Shown: one piece after another, positions 28,946-37,734 of the stretch
Layout of the letters: every line of letters begins with the position of its first letter
How positions within the stretch are numbered: position 1 is the stretch's first letter
Source: Gammaproteobacteria bacterium
GTDB taxonomy: Bacteria > Pseudomonadota > Gammaproteobacteria > JBCCGL01
Assembly: GCA_965277715.1 (NCBI GenBank)
Contig: OZ255836.1
Span: 3,264,001 to 3,328,000 of the forward strand
Direction of reading: 5' to 3'
DNA length: 64,000 nucleotides
Notes under the pieces: model-generated
Seen by the model: the letters and a program-made list of their open reading frames with translations, nothing else
Told to the model about the DNA's origin: nothing
Database searches by the model: none
Translations under genes and position numbers: made by a program

Positions 28946-29425
28946 ATGAATGAACAAGGCGGCATAAAAAATATCACGATTGGCGAAGTGTTTGGTGAGG
29001 CGGTTTGGCTGATGTCACAATCGGCCCGTCACCGGCATAATTTTTTCCTCGCCGACCTGGAATGGTTGTTAGTGCCACCTATTGCACACAATCAGTTCCG
29101 TATGTTTAAAGCCGATGGAAAACCCTTTGGTATGGCCTATTGGGGGCACTTTTCAGAGGAGGTCGAGGCGCGCTTCTCAAAGGGATCGATTAAACTCAAA
29201 TCAGACGAGTGGAACTGCGGTGACAGGCCCTGGCTGGTGGATCTGGTCGCCCCGTTTGGCCATGCGGATAAGATAATGGCAGACCTACAGAAAACCTCAT
29301 TCGCCAAGACCGGATTTAACTGTTTGAAAGTCGATGCCAAGGGCCAGCGTGAAACCGTGTTTTATGCGGGTAAAGAGCAGAGCGCAGACACCACTGACAA
29401 ACCCGATAGCGGCGTGCTTCACTGA
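28946..29425 (+). CDS. hlyC: RTX toxin-activating lysine acyltransferase (HlyC family), copy 2
   Basis: FGEAVWLMSQSARH, PPIAHNQFRMF, EWNCGDRPWLVDLVAPFG. Confidence 0.9.
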   Translation: MNEQGGIKNITIGEVFGEAVWLMSQSARHRHNFFLADLEWLLVPPIAHNQFRMFKADGKPFGMAYWGHFSEEVEARFSKGSIKLKSDEWNCGDRPWLVDLVAPFGHADKIMADLQKTSFAKTGFNCLKVDAKGQRETVFYAGKEQSADTTDKPDSGVLH

Positions 29426-29447
29426 TACGGGCAAGCGGTATTGATGC

Positions 29448-30605
29448 ATGATAACGGGTCTCAACCAACCGGTTATCGATAACGCCGAGGCTTTGCGCCC
29501 CACGCATATCGAGATCGACCTCGACGCGATCAGTCATAACTACCGGGCAATTTGCGCCCACGTGGCGTCGGCTACGGTGATGAGTGTGGTCAAGGCAAAT
29601 GCCTACGGCCACGGCCTGGTGGAGATTGCCCGTCACCTGGCATCACACGGTTGTGGGTATTTTGGTGTCGCCTTTCTGGAGGAGGGAATCAAACTGCGCA
29701 AGGCCGGTATTACGGCGCCTATTCTGGTCATGGGGGGGATTCTCGGTGATCAGATTCCTCTGTTTCTCGACCACGACCTGACACTCACCGCCTCTTCGGT
29801 GGAGAAGCTGCTGCAAATCGAAACACTCGCCAGGCAGCGCAATCAGCGCGCCCGTGTACACCTGAAGATCGATACCGGGATGGAGCGTATCGGTGTGCAC
29901 TACTACAGCGCGGAAACCTTACTCGACGCCTCGTTGCGTTGTGAATACTGCCATGTTGAAGGTATTTACACCCATTTTGCCCGTGCCGACGAGGCAGACC
30001 TTGGGTACACCCAACAACAGCTCGATCGGTTTTTGGCGGTGTGTGATTTTTATCGGCGGCGCAAGCTGCCGATGCCGATACGCCATGCGGCGAATTCCGG
30101 GGCGATTGCACAATTGCCCGCCGCGCATCTCGATATGGTGCGCCCTGGGGTGATGTTATACGGCGTTTACCCATTGAGCGAAACGCGCCGCACGCTTGCA
30201 CTGCGCGCGGCGATGACCTGGAAATCCCGTGTGGTGTACTTCAAAGTCGTCAAGCCTGGGCACCCGGTGAGTTATGGTTCAGCGTGGCAAACCGAGACAG
30301 AAACGCGTGTCGTCACGGTGCCTGTCGGTTACGGTGACGGTTACTTTCGCAGCATGTCTGGCAGGGCCGAGGTCGTTATCAACGATAAGCGCTACCCGGT
30401 AGTGGGGCGCATTTGCATGGATCAGGTGATGATCGATATTGGCGCGGACTCGGCGTTTAACGGCGATGCCGTCACCTTGCTGGGCGGTGCGCCACAAAAG
30501 GGTATTACCACCGAACAACTGGCCGATTGGGCGGGCACTATTCCGTGTGAAATATTGACCAATATCAATACGCGGGTGCCACGCGTCTATATAGGGTGTC
30601 GCTAA
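29448..30605 (+). CDS. alr: Alanine racemase
   Basis: VVKANAYGHG PLP lysine motif, HLKIDTGMERIG, VRPG, GYGDG, GRICMDQ. Confidence 0.95.
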   Translation: MITGLNQPVIDNAEALRPTHIEIDLDAISHNYRAICAHVASATVMSVVKANAYGHGLVEIARHLASHGCGYFGVAFLEEGIKLRKAGITAPILVMGGILGDQIPLFLDHDLTLTASSVEKLLQIETLARQRNQRARVHLKIDTGMERIGVHYYSAETLLDASLRCEYCHVEGIYTHFARADEADLGYTQQQLDRFLAVCDFYRRRKLPMPIRHAANSGAIAQLPAAHLDMVRPGVMLYGVYPLSETRRTLALRAAMTWKSRVVYFKVVKPGHPVSYGSAWQTETETRVVTVPVGYGDGYFRSMSGRAEVVINDKRYPVVGRICMDQVMIDIGADSAFNGDAVTLLGGAPQKGITTEQLADWAGTIPCEILTNINTRVPRVYIGCR

Positions 30606-30701
30606 AAGCATCTGGACATTCCAGCAGCGCAAGTGCTACGCCAGTATATGCGGAGGTTCGTTGACGAAAATGAAGATAACCCACAAGTGGTAATCTTTGA
30701 A

Positions 30702-30822
30702 CCTAAACTCCGCAGTTGAATCTACTGCGAGCACCTAATGCACTGAATCTAAAGCGCTTTTACCAGAATTTCAGCTTCAGCACCTTAGACGCCCTGGCTA
30801 CGATTCAACTGCGGAATTTAGG
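30702..30822. mobile_element. 121-bp MITE, copy 1
   Basis: Terminal IRs CCTAAA(C/T)TCCGCAGTTGAAT; flanks TTGAA/TTAAA; near-identical to 46959..47079. Confidence 0.85.
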
Positions 30823-30979
30823 TTAAATGATAAAAAATATACAGCGCCTAAAACAGCTCGATATATTCCAGAATCACATGAACACCCACGCAAAAGACTT
30901 CGGGAAGTGCAATCTCGTGAAGGTAAAAAGACCGCTATTTGCCTTTATATAATTTCTGTTGCAGTCTCAAAATGTACTT

Positions 30980-31678
30980 TTATCGAAAAGCATACCCCCA
31001 ATGATCCCCTTTTGAGTTTGTCATTTGCACATGAAATGACACAACCACCCGGTCAGTTGGCCCGTGATACGGAAATACCATGTGTTTCAGGTGTGACGGA
31101 AACACCACCAGCTTGCCATCCTGCGGGTAAGAATCGTAGGCGTAGTCTTGTAAATATAGATTGCCGGCCTCTGCATGGCCGCCGGCAGATAAATCGATAT
31201 TTGGCCCATAAAAACGCGTAACGCCATTGGGCTGTTTGCCCACGTGATCCTCCGGCCCTTTGCTGGCCTCACCCGACTGTACGTAGTAAACCCCAGACCA
31301 CGAACAGTTACCGTGTACATGGGTTTCGTGGAAATTGTAATCGTTGGAAATTTGAAACCAAATGCCGGTCATATTGATGTCCATGCTGCCATTGCTGGGC
31401 CAGTAAGGGGCATTAACCTCTTTGGCGAGTTCAAATACACTGTCTTTTATAAACTGCGCCAGCTCATTTAAAGCCGTATGTTGCTGGTATTGGGCGAGCA
31501 GTTTGTCGTGGCTGACATAAGTGCGAGACGGTTTTTTCTGCTCTTTTTCTTTGTGTGCATAAAATAATTCAAGCAGGGCCGGGTTGATTTTTTGGTAGTG
31601 TGAAAAGCGCTTGGTCAACACACTGGTCGGCCATAGTTGGGTAATATTTGAATTGGATTTTTTTTTGTCTTTGGCCAT
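30980..31678 (-). CDS. Putative 2OG-Fe(II) oxygenase (TIGR02466-like)
   Basis: HETHVHGNCSWSGVYYV and GKLVVFPSHLKHMVFP...RVVVSF motifs. Confidence 0.75.
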   Translation of the reverse strand: MAKDKKKSNSNITQLWPTSVLTKRFSHYQKINPALLELFYAHKEKEQKKPSRTYVSHDKLLAQYQQHTALNELAQFIKDSVFELAKEVNAPYWPSNGSMDINMTGIWFQISNDYNFHETHVHGNCSWSGVYYVQSGEASKGPEDHVGKQPNGVTRFYGPNIDLSAGGHAEAGNLYLQDYAYDSYPQDGKLVVFPSHLKHMVFPYHGPTDRVVVSFHVQMTNSKGDHWGYAFR

Positions 31679-31687
31679 TTTCTGCGC

Positions 31688-32182
31688 TCAATGGTTTGAT
31701 TCAGACGTAATGAATATATAAATATTCACCAATAACATAACAACAAAACACCCGGCTGCCCACTCGGGAATCGATAAGCCCAGAAATGTCCACTGCACTA
31801 CGGCGCAATCCCCCGTCCCCTTTAGCACTTTGGCCACCACGTCAAAAAATGGCAGGGTTTCCAGCATTACCTCCAGCCCGGCACCGCATTCGAGCTTGTC
31901 GCCATCGGGGAGGTGTTGCAGCCAAATCTGCCGCCCGGCAACCCCCGCCCCAACTAATGCAAACACCCCTAACAGCGTTGCGTAAACCCGGCGCATCACG
32001 CCCGTTGGGCCATGCACGGTGGCCAGTAATGCCAAGGCAGCAATCGCCAAAAAACACAAACGCTGCACCATGCACAAGGGGCAGGGGTCGAGAAACTCGA
32101 CATATTGCAGGTAGTAACCGTAACCCAGCAACGCCGCACAGGCGAGGAACTGGCCGAGAAACAAGCCTCTGACAATTGACAT
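31688..32182 (-). CDS. dsbB: Disulfide bond formation protein B
   Basis: YLQYVEFLDPCPLCMVQR, RQIWLQH, CGAGL...GTGDC...WTFLGLSIPEW. Confidence 0.93.
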   Translation of the reverse strand: MSIVRGLFLGQFLACAALLGYGYYLQYVEFLDPCPLCMVQRLCFLAIAALALLATVHGPTGVMRRVYATLLGVFALVGAGVAGRQIWLQHLPDGDKLECGAGLEVMLETLPFFDVVAKVLKGTGDCAVVQWTFLGLSIPEWAAGCFVVMLLVNIYIFITSESNH

Positions 32183-32276
32183 GCTTTGCGCTCTCAAACT
32201 TAATTGGCGTAAGTATACCTGCACTATTCCATTACACGGATACGTCTGTATCGTGCTAAACAGTCGGCTCTATGGT

Positions 32277-33083
32277 TTATTCAGAATCAGGATCAATGCC
32301 CGCTTTTTTCAGCAGGGCGCGTAACCGCGCTTTTTCCTGGAGCGCAGCTTCTTTCTGCCTGCGTTCGTCGTTCATCGCCTTAACCGCTTCGCTTAGTGAA
32401 CGCTGCCGGGACTTTTCCTCCCGAAGAATATTCTGCCGGGCCTGGTAAAGGTGGTAATCCTGCTCTTTCTCTGAAAATCGTTTCAATATGGCCATCGCCT
32501 GCCTCATTTCTTCGGTATCAAGTTCTGTGGGAAGGGCTTCCCACTTGTCTGCATCTCTGAAAAAATACATCCATTGGTCTTTTGCTTCAAGGTTGTGGTG
32601 CCGTCGCCACTTTTCCAGTTCCAGTACATGGATAGCGCAGTGGGGTGAAAGCACACGCTGCTGTTCAAGATCCGCCATTTGAAAGCGGTGGTGATAACAG
32701 TCACTGTCCCTGAATAGATTTTCACCCAATAGCCAGATGGATATCGAGGGTTGCAGCTTGTGATAGTCCTGCCCACTTTGAATCTGTGCACCGTAAATAT
32801 CACTCCAACAGTAAAGCATTCGCTCCGGTAGATAGGGGAATATATTTAATTGTAGCTCCACTTGGTAGGTGTTATTAGCCGCATCACGGGCTTTTATATC
32901 GACTATGGTGAGTTTGTCTGAAAGGTATTCTTTTTCGTTGTAAGGATTGAGGATTTCAACGTCTGTGATGGGATTCTCAGGCGTGAGGACACCATTGAGA
33001 AAGTGAATCAGCAGTGGGGTATTTTCCGGTGCGCCCAGTATAGCTTTAAAGACACAATCAATTTTTGGATCAATGGGTTGCAT
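32277..33083 (-). CDS. Rpn-family nuclease, copy 3
   Basis: Near-identical to 5613..6461; one ERRQKE unit. Confidence 0.9.
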   Translation of the reverse strand: MQPIDPKIDCVFKAILGAPENTPLLIHFLNGVLTPENPITDVEILNPYNEKEYLSDKLTIVDIKARDAANNTYQVELQLNIFPYLPERMLYCWSDIYGAQIQSGQDYHKLQPSISIWLLGENLFRDSDCYHHRFQMADLEQQRVLSPHCAIHVLELEKWRRHHNLEAKDQWMYFFRDADKWEALPTELDTEEMRQAMAILKRFSEKEQDYHLYQARQNILREEKSRQRSLSEAVKAMNDERRQKEAALQEKARLRALLKKAGIDPDSE

Positions 33084-33181
33084 GGTGTGTTTGTTGGCAG
33101 CACTGAGTGGCTATAACTAACGCCAGTCTACCACTTTCGTTGGTGTAAGCCATCATCGAGGATAAAGCATTGCTTGTACGA

Positions 33182-33492
33182 CGCTGTTGGTCTTTGAGCA
33201 TCGCCATCAGGTGGTCAACACGCACCAGGTCGGTGTCGACATCACCCAGAAAGTGCAGGTATTCCATTTCCAGTAGCGTGTCTGTGCCATCGGCACCGAT
33301 GATGCTCAGCGTTTCATCCGTGACGGCAAATTGGTAGTCTGTGTAACGCCCTGAGAACACCGCTGTGTCATCGCCTGCGCCGCCCACCATAGGTCATCAC
33401 CGGCTTCGCCGTAGAGGACATCATCGCCTTCACCGCCGAGCAGGGCGTCATCACCGCGCACGCAGCAGGCTGTCGTCACCGCCACCCCCAGA
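33182..33492 (-). repeat. Inverted, decayed copy of internal RTX gene segment 12364..12677
   Basis: ~311 bp matching the end of the first RTX block through LKDQQR, with small indels. Confidence 0.95.
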
Positions 33493-33635
33493 TCAGTTAT
33501 CGCTTTCTTCCTCTTGGCCAGCTTGCTTTTACTGGCTAAAACGGGGATCAAGCTTACCTTAATTATTATTTATCGTTCAATGTATCAAGAGCAACTTCAT
33601 ATTTTGCTTGCTGAGCTAATCTGTCACTCAATAAC

Positions 33636-34463
33636 CTATTCAAGGTCAGGATCAATGCCCGCCTTTTTCAACAAAGCGTATAGCCGCTCTTTTTCTTGAA
33701 GTGCGGCTTCTTTCTGCCTGCGTTCCTCCTCTTTCTGCCTGCGTTCGTCGTTCATCGCCTTAACCGCCTCACTTAGTGAACGCTGCCGGGATTTTTCCTC
33801 CCGAAGAATATTCTGTCGGGCCTGGTAAAGGTGGTAATCCTGCTCTTTCTCTGAAAATCGTTTCAATATGGCCATCGCCTGCCTCATTTCTTCGGTATCA
33901 AGTTCTGTGGGAAGTACTTCCCACTTGTCTGCATCCTTAAAAAAATACATCCATTGGTCTTTCGCTTCAAGGTTGTGGTGCCGTCGCCACTTTTCCAGTT
34001 CCAGTACATGGATAGCGCAGTGGGGTGAAAGCACACGCTGCTGTTCAAGATCCGCCATTTGAAAGTGGTGGTGATAACAATCACTGTCCTTGAATAGATT
34101 TTCACCCAATAGCCAGATGGATATCGAGGGTTGCAGCTTGTGATAGTCCTGCCCACTTTGAATCTGCGCACCGTAAATATCACTCCAACAGTAAAGCATC
34201 CGTTCCGGTAGATAGGGGAATATATTTAATTGTAGCTCCACCTGGTAGGTGTTATTGGCCACATCACGGGCTTTTATATCGACTATGGTGAGTTTGTCTG
34301 AAAGGTATTCCTTTTCGTTGTAGGGGTTGAGAATTTCAACGTCTGTGATTGGACTCTCAGGGGTGAGTACACCATTGAGAAAGTGAATCAGCAGTGGGGT
34401 ATTTTCCGGTGCGCCCAGGATGGCTTTAAAGACACAATCAATTTTTGGGTCAATGAGAGGCAT
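33636..34463 (-). CDS. Rpn-family nuclease, copy 4
   Basis: Near-identical to 5613..6461; two ERRQKE units. Confidence 0.9.
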   Translation of the reverse strand: MPLIDPKIDCVFKAILGAPENTPLLIHFLNGVLTPESPITDVEILNPYNEKEYLSDKLTIVDIKARDVANNTYQVELQLNIFPYLPERMLYCWSDIYGAQIQSGQDYHKLQPSISIWLLGENLFKDSDCYHHHFQMADLEQQRVLSPHCAIHVLELEKWRRHHNLEAKDQWMYFFKDADKWEVLPTELDTEEMRQAMAILKRFSEKEQDYHLYQARQNILREEKSRQRSLSEAVKAMNDERRQKEEERRQKEAALQEKERLYALLKKAGIDPDLE

Positions 34464-34584
34464 GGTGTATCTGTTGACGACACTACGTGGCTATGACAAA
34501 CGCCAGTCTACCACCTTCGCCAGTGTAAGCCATCACGGGAAGCCTGCCAGACTGAGGACGGCTCAACTGCGAAAAAGCCAAGTT

Positions 34585-34638
34585 GGCATTTATTCTATGT
34601 AATCGCAATCTGAACCACTATTGCATAGAATAAACGCC
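34585..34638. promoter_or_regulatory. 19-bp imperfect inverted repeat (operator-like) in divergent intergenic region
   Basis: GGCATTTATTCTATGTAAT-N16-ATTGCATAGAATAAACGCC (2 mismatches). Confidence 0.4.
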
Positions 34639-34660
34639 TGAAAAAAACGGGAATATCACA

Positions 34661-36946
34661 ATGTTTACACGTTACGCTGAATCACTGCTGCGCTATCGGT
34701 GGTTAATTATCCTGGCGACACTGGGCATCGCTATGGTGCTGGGCTACGGCGGTAAAAACCTGGTATTTACCAATGATTACCGGGTGTTTTTCAGCGAGGG
34801 CAACCCGCAGCTCGATGCGTTTGAAAATATTCAGGACACCTACACCAAAAGCGATAATGTGCTGATTATGCTGGAGCCAAAGGACGGCAATGTGTTCACC
34901 CCGCAAACCCTCGCCGCACTGGTCGATTTAACCGAACAGAGCTGGCAGATTCCCTACTCGACGCGGGTCGACTCGGTGAGCAATTTTCAATATACCTACG
35001 CCGATGAGGACAGCCTCACGGTCGAAAATCTGGTGGCTGAACCCACTCAGCTCAACCCGCAGGCACTGCAGGCGATTCGCGATATCGCCTTGGCTGAACC
35101 ACGTCTTGTCAACAAGCTGGTGTCACCCAGTGGTCATGTCACAGGGGTTAATATTACCGTGCAAATCCCCGGTATCGATGAAATTAGCGAGCTGCCGGAA
35201 GTCGTGCATTTCACCCGGGACTTAATTGGGAAAATGCAGGCCAAGTACCCGGATATCGGTTTTTACGATACCGGCGTGGTGATGATGAACCAGGCGTTTC
35301 CCGAGGCCACTCAGCTCGATTTTAAAACCCTGTACCCGATTATGTTTCTCCTGTTTATCGTCGGTCTATGGTTTTTTCTGCGCAGTATCACCGCGACATT
35401 TATCACGCTGTTGATCATCGTTTTATCGGTGATGATGGCCATGGGCAGCGCCGGTTGGCTGGGCATAAAGCTCACCCCGCCCTCTGCCAGCGCACCCATT
35501 GTAATCCTGACCTTAGCGGTGGCTGACTGCGTACATATGCTCATCACCCTGCTCCAGAATATGCGTGCCGGGAAAGCGAAGCGGGCGGCGATTATCGAAA
35601 GCCTGCGGATCAATTTTCACCCGGTGTTACTGACCTCGGTAACCACCACAATTGGTTTTCTCAGCATGAATTTTTCTGATGCCCCGCCCTTTCGCGATTT
35701 GGGCAATATCGTTGCGATGGGGGTGTTGTACGCCCTGCTGCTGTCAGTGATATTCCTGCCCGCCCTGGTGTCGGTGCTGCCGTTGCGTGTGAAAGTCGAT
35801 ACGCGTGAAACGGTGCGGGTTATGGACCGTGTCGCCGATTTTGTGATTGCCAAACGGCGGCCACTGTTTTGGTTGATGGGTGGGTTAATCGTCAGCTTTT
35901 CTGTATTAATTCCTAAAAATGAACTCAACGATGTGTTTGTCGAGTATTTTGCCACCTCGGTGCCGTTTCGCGCAAAAACCGACCACATTACCGAAAACCT
36001 TTCGGGTTTGTATTTTATTGATTACTCCCTCGACGCCAAACAATCCGGCGGCATCGGTAATCCAGCCTTTTTACAGCAGCTGGAAAAATTCGAGCGCTGG
36101 CTGCAACAGCAACCGGAAGTCGTGCACGTAGACAGCTTTGCTGAAGTCATGCGCCGCTTAAATAAAAACATGCACGGCGATAAAGCCGATTTTTACCGCC
36201 TACCTGAAGCGCGCAACCTGGCGGCGCAGTATTTACTGCTCTACGAAATATCCCTGCCCTATGGCCTGGATTTAAATAACCAGATCAATGTCGATAAATC
36301 GGCGACCCGTTTACAGGTGACGTTAAAAACCCTCTCAACAGTCGATACACTCGAATTTGAGCAGCGCGTGCTCAACTGGATGCGGGATAATACGCCGGAT
36401 ATTGCCACTTACGGCGCCAGCCCCACGCTGATGTTTTCGCATATCGGTATGCGCAATATTATCAGTATGCTGACAGGCACCAGCATCGCGCTGGTGCTTA
36501 TCTCTGCACTGCTGATTTTTGCCCTGCGCTCGCTTAAATTTGGCCTGCTGAGCCTGGTGCCAAATCTTGCTCCGGCGGGGGTTGCGTTTGGCCTGTGGGC
36601 GGTAACTGTCGGCCAGGTTGGGCTGGCGCTGTCTGTGATTGTCGCCATGACGCTGGGTATCGTGGTCGACGATACCATTCATTTTCTCAGTAAATATTTG
36701 CGCGCCCGACGGGAAAAGGGCCTGGATGCCGAGGCGGCAGTACGCTACGCTTTTTCGACCGTTGGCGTGGCGCTCGTGGTGACCACCCTGGTGTTGGCTG
36801 CCGGATTTATGGTGCTCGCCCAATCGACGTTTGAACTGAACGCGAGTATGGGCTTATTGACCGCCATTACCATCTGCCTGGCCATTGTCGTCGACTTTTT
36901 GTTTCTACCGCCTTTATTGCTGTTAGTTGAGGAAAAATCCAAATGA
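34661..36946 (+). CDS. MMPL/RND-family transporter permease
   Basis: Two repeats of periplasmic loop plus TM bundle; LAVADCVH, LTSVTTTIGF, LGIVVDDTIHF motifs. Confidence 0.88.
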   Translation: MFTRYAESLLRYRWLIILATLGIAMVLGYGGKNLVFTNDYRVFFSEGNPQLDAFENIQDTYTKSDNVLIMLEPKDGNVFTPQTLAALVDLTEQSWQIPYSTRVDSVSNFQYTYADEDSLTVENLVAEPTQLNPQALQAIRDIALAEPRLVNKLVSPSGHVTGVNITVQIPGIDEISELPEVVHFTRDLIGKMQAKYPDIGFYDTGVVMMNQAFPEATQLDFKTLYPIMFLLFIVGLWFFLRSITATFITLLIIVLSVMMAMGSAGWLGIKLTPPSASAPIVILTLAVADCVHMLITLLQNMRAGKAKRAAIIESLRINFHPVLLTSVTTTIGFLSMNFSDAPPFRDLGNIVAMGVLYALLLSVIFLPALVSVLPLRVKVDTRETVRVMDRVADFVIAKRRPLFWLMGGLIVSFSVLIPKNELNDVFVEYFATSVPFRAKTDHITENLSGLYFIDYSLDAKQSGGIGNPAFLQQLEKFERWLQQQPEVVHVDSFAEVMRRLNKNMHGDKADFYRLPEARNLAAQYLLLYEISLPYGLDLNNQINVDKSATRLQVTLKTLSTVDTLEFEQRVLNWMRDNTPDIATYGASPTLMFSHIGMRNIISMLTGTSIALVLISALLIFALRSLKFGLLSLVPNLAPAGVAFGLWAVTVGQVGLALSVIVAMTLGIVVDDTIHFLSKYLRARREKGLDAEAAVRYAFSTVGVALVVTTLVLAAGFMVLAQSTFELNASMGLLTAITICLAIVVDFLFLPPLLLLVEEKSK

Positions 36947-37734
36947 ACATTAAAATAAGTCCAGTTTATTTACTGGCGATGGCGCTGTTGTGTCCGGCCG
37001 CTGGTGTGGCGCAAACCGCTGAAGAAAAGGGCCTGGCGATTGCCATCGAAGTGGATCGGCGCGATACTGGGTTTGGCGATAGCACGGCGGAAATGAATAT
37101 GCTGCTGCGCAACCGTAAAGGCGATACCTCAACCCGGCAGGTGCGGGTAAAAACCCTGGAAATAGCAGGTGATGGTGACAAGAGCATGTCGATCTTTGAT
37201 AAGCCCGGTGATGTAAAAGGCACGGCATTTTTAACCTGGTCACACAGCGTAAAGCCAGACGAACAATGGCTGTATCTGCCCGCACTCAAACGCGTTAAGC
37301 GCATTTCCTCAAAAAATAAATCCGGCCCGTTTATGGGGTCTGAATTTGCCTATGAGGATATCAGCTCGCAGGAGGTGGACAAATACACCTACAAATACCT
37401 GCGCGACGAAGACCTGGACGGTGTGCCCACATTGCTCATTGAGCAATACCCCAGCTATAAAAATTCGGGCTATACCCGCCAGCTTGTCTGGATAGAGCAG
37501 GCGCGCTATATCCCTTTGAAGACTGAATTTTACGACCGTAAAAATACCCTGTTAAAAACCCTGGTATTCGGTGATTACCAGCAATACCTGGGGAAATTCT
37601 GGCGGTCACACACTATGCAGATGAGCAATCATCAAAATGGCAAATCCACCCTGCTGAGTTGGGAGAATTACCAGTTCAACACCGGGTTGCGCGACAAGGA
37701 TTTCAACAAAAATGTACTCAAGCGTGCCAAGTAG
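36943..37734 (+). CDS. Outer-membrane lipoprotein-sorting (LolA-like) protein
   Basis: Signal peptide; DVKGTAFL, DEQWLYLPALKRVKRISS...FMGSEFAYED. Confidence 0.85.
   Translation: MNIKISPVYLLAMALLCPAAGVAQTAEEKGLAIAIEVDRRDTGFGDSTAEMNMLLRNRKGDTSTRQVRVKTLEIAGDGDKSMSIFDKPGDVKGTAFLTWSHSVKPDEQWLYLPALKRVKRISSKNKSGPFMGSEFAYEDISSQEVDKYTYKYLRDEDLDGVPTLLIEQYPSYKNSGYTRQLVWIEQARYIPLKTEFYDRKNTLLKTLVFGDYQQYLGKFWRSHTMQMSNHQNGKSTLLSWENYQFNTGLRDKDFNKNVLKRAK

Noticed and set aside
24742-29425. Missing TolC as a sign of a defective T1SS
   Set aside because: TolC is commonly encoded elsewhere (as for E. coli hly), so absence from this window is uninformative
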